45,171 nucleotides of DNA from a virus: IMG/VR virus record IMGVR_UViG_3300033746_000018, one strand, 5' to 3'. This document shows positions 42,386 through 45,171 of the stretch, in pieces. The notes under the pieces are model-generated. The model did no database searches. It worked only from the letters and a program-made list of their open reading frames with translations, and was not told the origin of the DNA. A program made the translations under genes and the position numbers. Each line of letters begins with the position of its first letter. The stretch's first letter is position 1.

Positions 42386-42916
42386 ATGGACAACGAGGAA
42401 TATGCCAAAATGGTTATGAAAGAAGCTAAAAGTAGGGAAATATTAGTTGGAGATTGTGGACCGTCGCCAATAGAAGATATACCAGTAATTGAGCCAGATG
42501 ATAGTCCTTTAATGCGAATGTATAAAGAAGCAAAGCAAAAAGCATTTGTAACTGATACATCTCAAATGGAAAGAGAACATCAGGTTGACGCTTTAAGATA
42601 TACTTGTGGAGGTATTGCTAATTTTATGGGACCAACAAAGGAGGAAGGTAATATGACAGCAACAGGTATGAGGGCAAATGAGCCAAGAGAGCCAAGAAAA
42701 ATGTGGAGTCTTTATCAAGTTATAGCAGTTGACAAAGGTAAAATAGAAAATATTGTGCCTGAAATAGACAGAAAAGTTATTGCTAAAAATACTGAACACG
42801 CTAAAGGTTTAGCTGGTGTTAATGATTTGCTGGAAAAATACAACTATGATAATACTAAACTAGCTGTAAGAGTTAGTAATATTCTTGATATAAGGCCAGT
42901 TGAAGATGATGAATAG
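42386..42916 (+). CDS. Hypothetical protein (176 aa)
   Basis: ORF track. RBS is aggagg. Confidence 0.65.
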   Translation: MDNEEYAKMVMKEAKSREILVGDCGPSPIEDIPVIEPDDSPLMRMYKEAKQKAFVTDTSQMEREHQVDALRYTCGGIANFMGPTKEEGNMTATGMRANEPREPRKMWSLYQVIAVDKGKIENIVPEIDRKVIAKNTEHAKGLAGVNDLLEKYNYDNTKLAVRVSNILDIRPVEDDE

Positions 42917-43199
42917 CTTAGAAATGGCTATAACTGAAAATAGAGCTATTCAGGATAAGATTATAGATGTTGTAGCCGATTATGATGTGGAATTTGCAGC
43001 TGAATTAGATGATTTAGTAGAACATAAGATAAAAGCTGATGAATTAGACTTAGATAGGCTGCAGATAATGGTTGAAAATTCCTGGGACGGCTTTGAAGAT
43101 TATTTTGTACTATATTTGGATAAAAAACCGATATCAAAATACTGGATTGAAAGGAATTTAGATAGTTTAAAAGCTGAAATACACTTCAAAAAACTTTAA
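42900..43199 (+). CDS. Hypothetical acidic protein (99 aa) with an uncertain start
   Basis: ORF track. Confidence 0.55.
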   Translation: MKMMNSLEMAITENRAIQDKIIDVVADYDVEFAAELDDLVEHKIKADELDLDRLQIMVENSWDGFEDYFVLYLDKKPISKYWIERNLDSLKAEIHFKKL

Positions 43200-43204
43200 G
43201 CAAT

Positions 43205-43269
43205 AAAGAGGGTAGTGAGAAGGCGTTGCATTAAGTGTCGCAAACTCTCCGTATAAGGCTGCCCTCTTT
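43205..43269 (+). other. Long-range stem closing a ~43-nt structured insert, possibly a terminator or RNA element
   Basis: An 11-bp stem aaagagggtag / ctgccctcttt is followed by atatag. The U-tract is weak. Confidence 0.35.
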
Positions 43270-43290
43270 ATATAGATTTAGGAGGTAATC

Positions 43291-43524
43291 ATTAAATACT
43301 TATTAGTACCAGCTGGGAAAGAAAAACAATGGCTAAAATGGCTAAATGGTGATTTTTCTAGCAATGAAAAAGAAGAAAGAAGGGTTAATATGGGTAGATA
43401 CAGACCAAAATTAGTAGGTAAAGCTGACACTAAATTCGGGCATTTAGTCAATATTAAGAATTTATTTAGAGCTGGGGCATATAAACAGCTACAGCGTGAA
43501 ATTAAAATGCTGAAAGAGGTATAA
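43291..43524 (+). CDS. Hypothetical protein (77 aa) apparently initiating at ATT
   Basis: The frame is open from 43282. AGGAGG at 43280-43285 lies 5 nt before ATT at 43291, and there is no ATG, GTG or TTG until 43396. The stop abuts the next gene. Confidence 0.4.
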   Translation: MKYLLVPAGKEKQWLKWLNGDFSSNEKEERRVNMGRYRPKLVGKADTKFGHLVNIKNLFRAGAYKQLQREIKMLKEV

Positions 43525-43526
43525 AT

Positions 43527-43847
43527 ATGAGTAAAAATTTTAGAAAATTGCTTGATAAATCAGAAACATTACACGATATAATTTCTACTTCTGCTTTTCC
43601 AATTGATATTAACGAAAATGAAAAGGATTATTTAACAGACAAACAAGCGGCAAGGATTGGTAGGGAATTAATTAACTATTTGAAATCAACAAATAATAAT
43701 TGGTTTATTATTAATATATCAGCACCAGGTTGGGAATTTATTAGAGAAATGCCAACAGAAGAACACAGGATAGATTTGACAATGCTTCCGTTAGATTTTG
43801 AAGATAAAGAAAAAGTTTTTGATAGTTTAAAGGGTGAAAAAAAATGA
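43527..43847 (+). CDS. Hypothetical protein (106 aa)
   Basis: ORF track. Confidence 0.6.
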   Translation: MSKNFRKLLDKSETLHDIISTSAFPIDINENEKDYLTDKQAARIGRELINYLKSTNNNWFIINISAPGWEFIREMPTEEHRIDLTMLPLDFEDKEKVFDSLKGEKK

Positions 43848-44005
43848 GTAAACAGCGTAAAATAGAGAATTTGCAGAAAAAATTGCTTAAACAGAAGTAT
43901 AATGCAGGTAATTATCCACAATTAAAGCAATTTGAGCGTGAAAATATAGCCAAAAGTGAAGCTATAGGTATTATAGAAAAAAGAATAGATAACGATTTGG
44001 AGTGA
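43844..44005 (+). CDS. Hypothetical microprotein (53 aa)
   Basis: Hand translation gives MSKQRKIENLQKKLLKQKYNAGNYPQLKQFERENIAKSEAIGIIEKRIDNDLE. ATGA overlap with the upstream stop. Confidence 0.45.
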   Translation: MSKQRKIENLQKKLLKQKYNAGNYPQLKQFERENIAKSEAIGIIEKRIDNDLE

Positions 44006-44009
44006 TTAA

Positions 44010-44447
44010 GTGAAATACAGGGTAGGGGATAAAGTTTGTTCTATTTGTGGCGGCAATTTCTTTTCAGGCACAGCAACAGGCACAATGCTTGAAGGTAATA
44101 TTTGTGTTGAATGTGTTATGGCATATTATAGACTGCTTTTTTCTTCAAGAAGGAGGTTTAATGTGGAGGAATTTGTTAAAAACGGCGAAGATATATCAGA
44201 AGTTATCGAAATATTAGAAGAAATTGATTTAGAAATAGAGGAAGCTGATTTAAACGGTGTAAAAATAGATAGATTATTTTTAGGAAAGAATGTTCACGAA
44301 AAACTTTTAGCAGCGGAAGATTTTTTTATACACGGTGTAGGTGATGGCGAATTAGAAAACAAAGTTTTAAAAAGTTATAGAGGAATACCAGTAGTTATAT
44401 TAGAGGGCGAAAAATACAAAGATGATATAGATTTTTCTATATTTTAG
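44010..44447 (+). CDS. Hypothetical protein with an N-terminal zinc ribbon (145 aa, GTG start)
   Basis: CSICGG ... CVECV. Confidence 0.6.
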   Translation: MKYRVGDKVCSICGGNFFSGTATGTMLEGNICVECVMAYYRLLFSSRRRFNVEEFVKNGEDISEVIEILEEIDLEIEEADLNGVKIDRLFLGKNVHEKLLAAEDFFIHGVGDGELENKVLKSYRGIPVVILEGEKYKDDIDFSIF

Positions 44448-44456
44448 GTGGTTAAT

Positions 44457-45171
44457 ATGGCTAATGCTAATGAAATACAGCAAAAATTTGAAGAATTGGG
44501 TTTTGATTTAAGAGATCCTACCGACAGGAAAATGGTTAAATATATAGCTTATAAGAAAAATAAAGCTGATTTTATCGAGGAATTTGTGCATATCGAGGAT
44601 AAAGACTCCGAAGATATAGTTATTCCTTTCAAATTGTGGGACGCTCAAAAGGAATTATTAGATTTATTTATCAAAGAGGACCGAGTGGTTACCTTGAAAG
44701 CCAGGCAGCTTGGTATAACCTGGTTAGCCTTAGCTGATACTTCTCACGATTTAATCTATAATCCTGGTTTTTCTGCTAATACTATCTCACAGACCGAAGG
44801 TGATGTTAAGGAATTAGTCAGAAGAATGGGCTTTATTTTCAAATATATGCCGAATTGGCTAATTGTCGATAAAAAAGGCGAAAAAGAGGATAAAAAAGAG
44901 AACATTACTGGTATTATGTACGAGCAGCATAAGCTGGATATAATTATTCATCACCCAGGCGATAAAGAGCCTTCTGTTTTTAAAGGTTTTACATCTTCTC
45001 CTGGTGCTGCTAGATCATTTACAGCAAATAAGGTAATAATGGACGAGTGGGCTTTCCACCCTTTTGCAGAAGAAATATGGGAAGCGGCTTATCCTACCAT
45101 TAACCGTGCAACTGGTGGTAAAGTTATCGGTATTTCTACTGCTGATAAAGGAACTTTGCACGAAGATATAT
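44457..45171 (+). CDS. terL: Terminase large subunit, N-terminal ATPase part. The ORF runs off the window end and continues at base 1.
   Basis: Hand translation gives MANANEIQQKFEELGF... It has the Walker-A-like LKARQLGITW and the Walker-B/catalytic KVIMDEWAF. It is absent from the ORF track because there is no stop before the window end. Confidence 0.9.
   Translation, partial: MANANEIQQKFEELGFDLRDPTDRKMVKYIAYKKNKADFIEEFVHIEDKDSEDIVIPFKLWDAQKELLDLFIKEDRVVTLKARQLGITWLALADTSHDLIYNPGFSANTISQTEGDVKELVRRMGFIFKYMPNWLIVDKKGEKEDKKENITGIMYEQHKLDIIIHHPGDKEPSVFKGFTSSPGAARSFTANKVIMDEWAFHPFAEEIWEAAYPTINRATGGKVIGISTADKGTLHEDI
45073..45171. repeat. 99-bp exact terminal direct repeat, copy 2
   Basis: Identical to 1-99. 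Confidence 0.95.

Noticed and set aside
1-45171. A prophage or temperate lifestyle (integrase, att sites, CI-type maintenance repressor)
   Set aside because: No recombinase-like ORF of any size is present, and the only terminal repeat is the assembly overlap inside terL. The two XRE regulators alone do not establish lysogeny.

Overview
The window is one complete, circularly closed, AT-rich tailed-phage genome of about 45,072 bp. Bases 1-99 are identical to 45073-45171, and the terminase large subunit gene reads straight across that junction. Nearly every gene has a strong AGGAGG-type RBS, which suggests a Firmicute-like host (inference).

Layout:
- 44457 -> junction -> 24895 (+): late module. 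Order is terL, a Com-like zinc ribbon, portal, Q-rich scaffold, major capsid, tail and fibre genes, Gly-rich internal proteins, a 2494-aa giant virion protein, then the lysis cassette.
- 24900-25700: an ~800-nt non-coding island. It holds a promoter-to-terminator small-RNA unit and a GC-rich, hairpin-dense candidate structured RNA.
- 25700-36261 (+): early, replication and recombination module. It includes a Cro-like HTH, a Gam/Gp157-like protein, an annealing-protein candidate, a DnaD-like Phg_2220_C protein, a G39P-like loader, VRR-NUC, YopX, a mini radical-SAM protein, SSB and many zinc-ribbon microproteins.
- 39509-36328 (-): leftward operon with a RadC/JAB protein, an acidic protein and an XRE HTH.
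- 39510-39936: divergent promoter region.
- 39937 (+): terS, followed by a ~4-kb accessory island (PD-(D/E)XK endonuclease, DUF2829/Tad2-like protein) before terL.

I found no integrase, DNA polymerase, RNA polymerase, tRNA, CRISPR array or recognisable tail tube/sheath/tape-measure-chaperone set. A short-tailed lytic phage is plausible but unproven.

Most interesting observations:
1. A tail-fibre-like protein carries an inserted seven-blade WD40 propeller made of near-identical 126-bp repeats, with variation confined to the ligand-face hot-spot positions.
2. The giant protein looks polyvalent, with a membrane-like N-terminus, a ParB-like segment and an HExxH metallopeptidase.
3. The GC-rich structured non-coding island.
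4. A Tad2-like cassette bracketed by 42-bp direct repeats.
5. A strong genome-wide excess of the palindrome CTGCAG / GCTGCAGC.

All family names come from motif recognition by eye. No database search was run.
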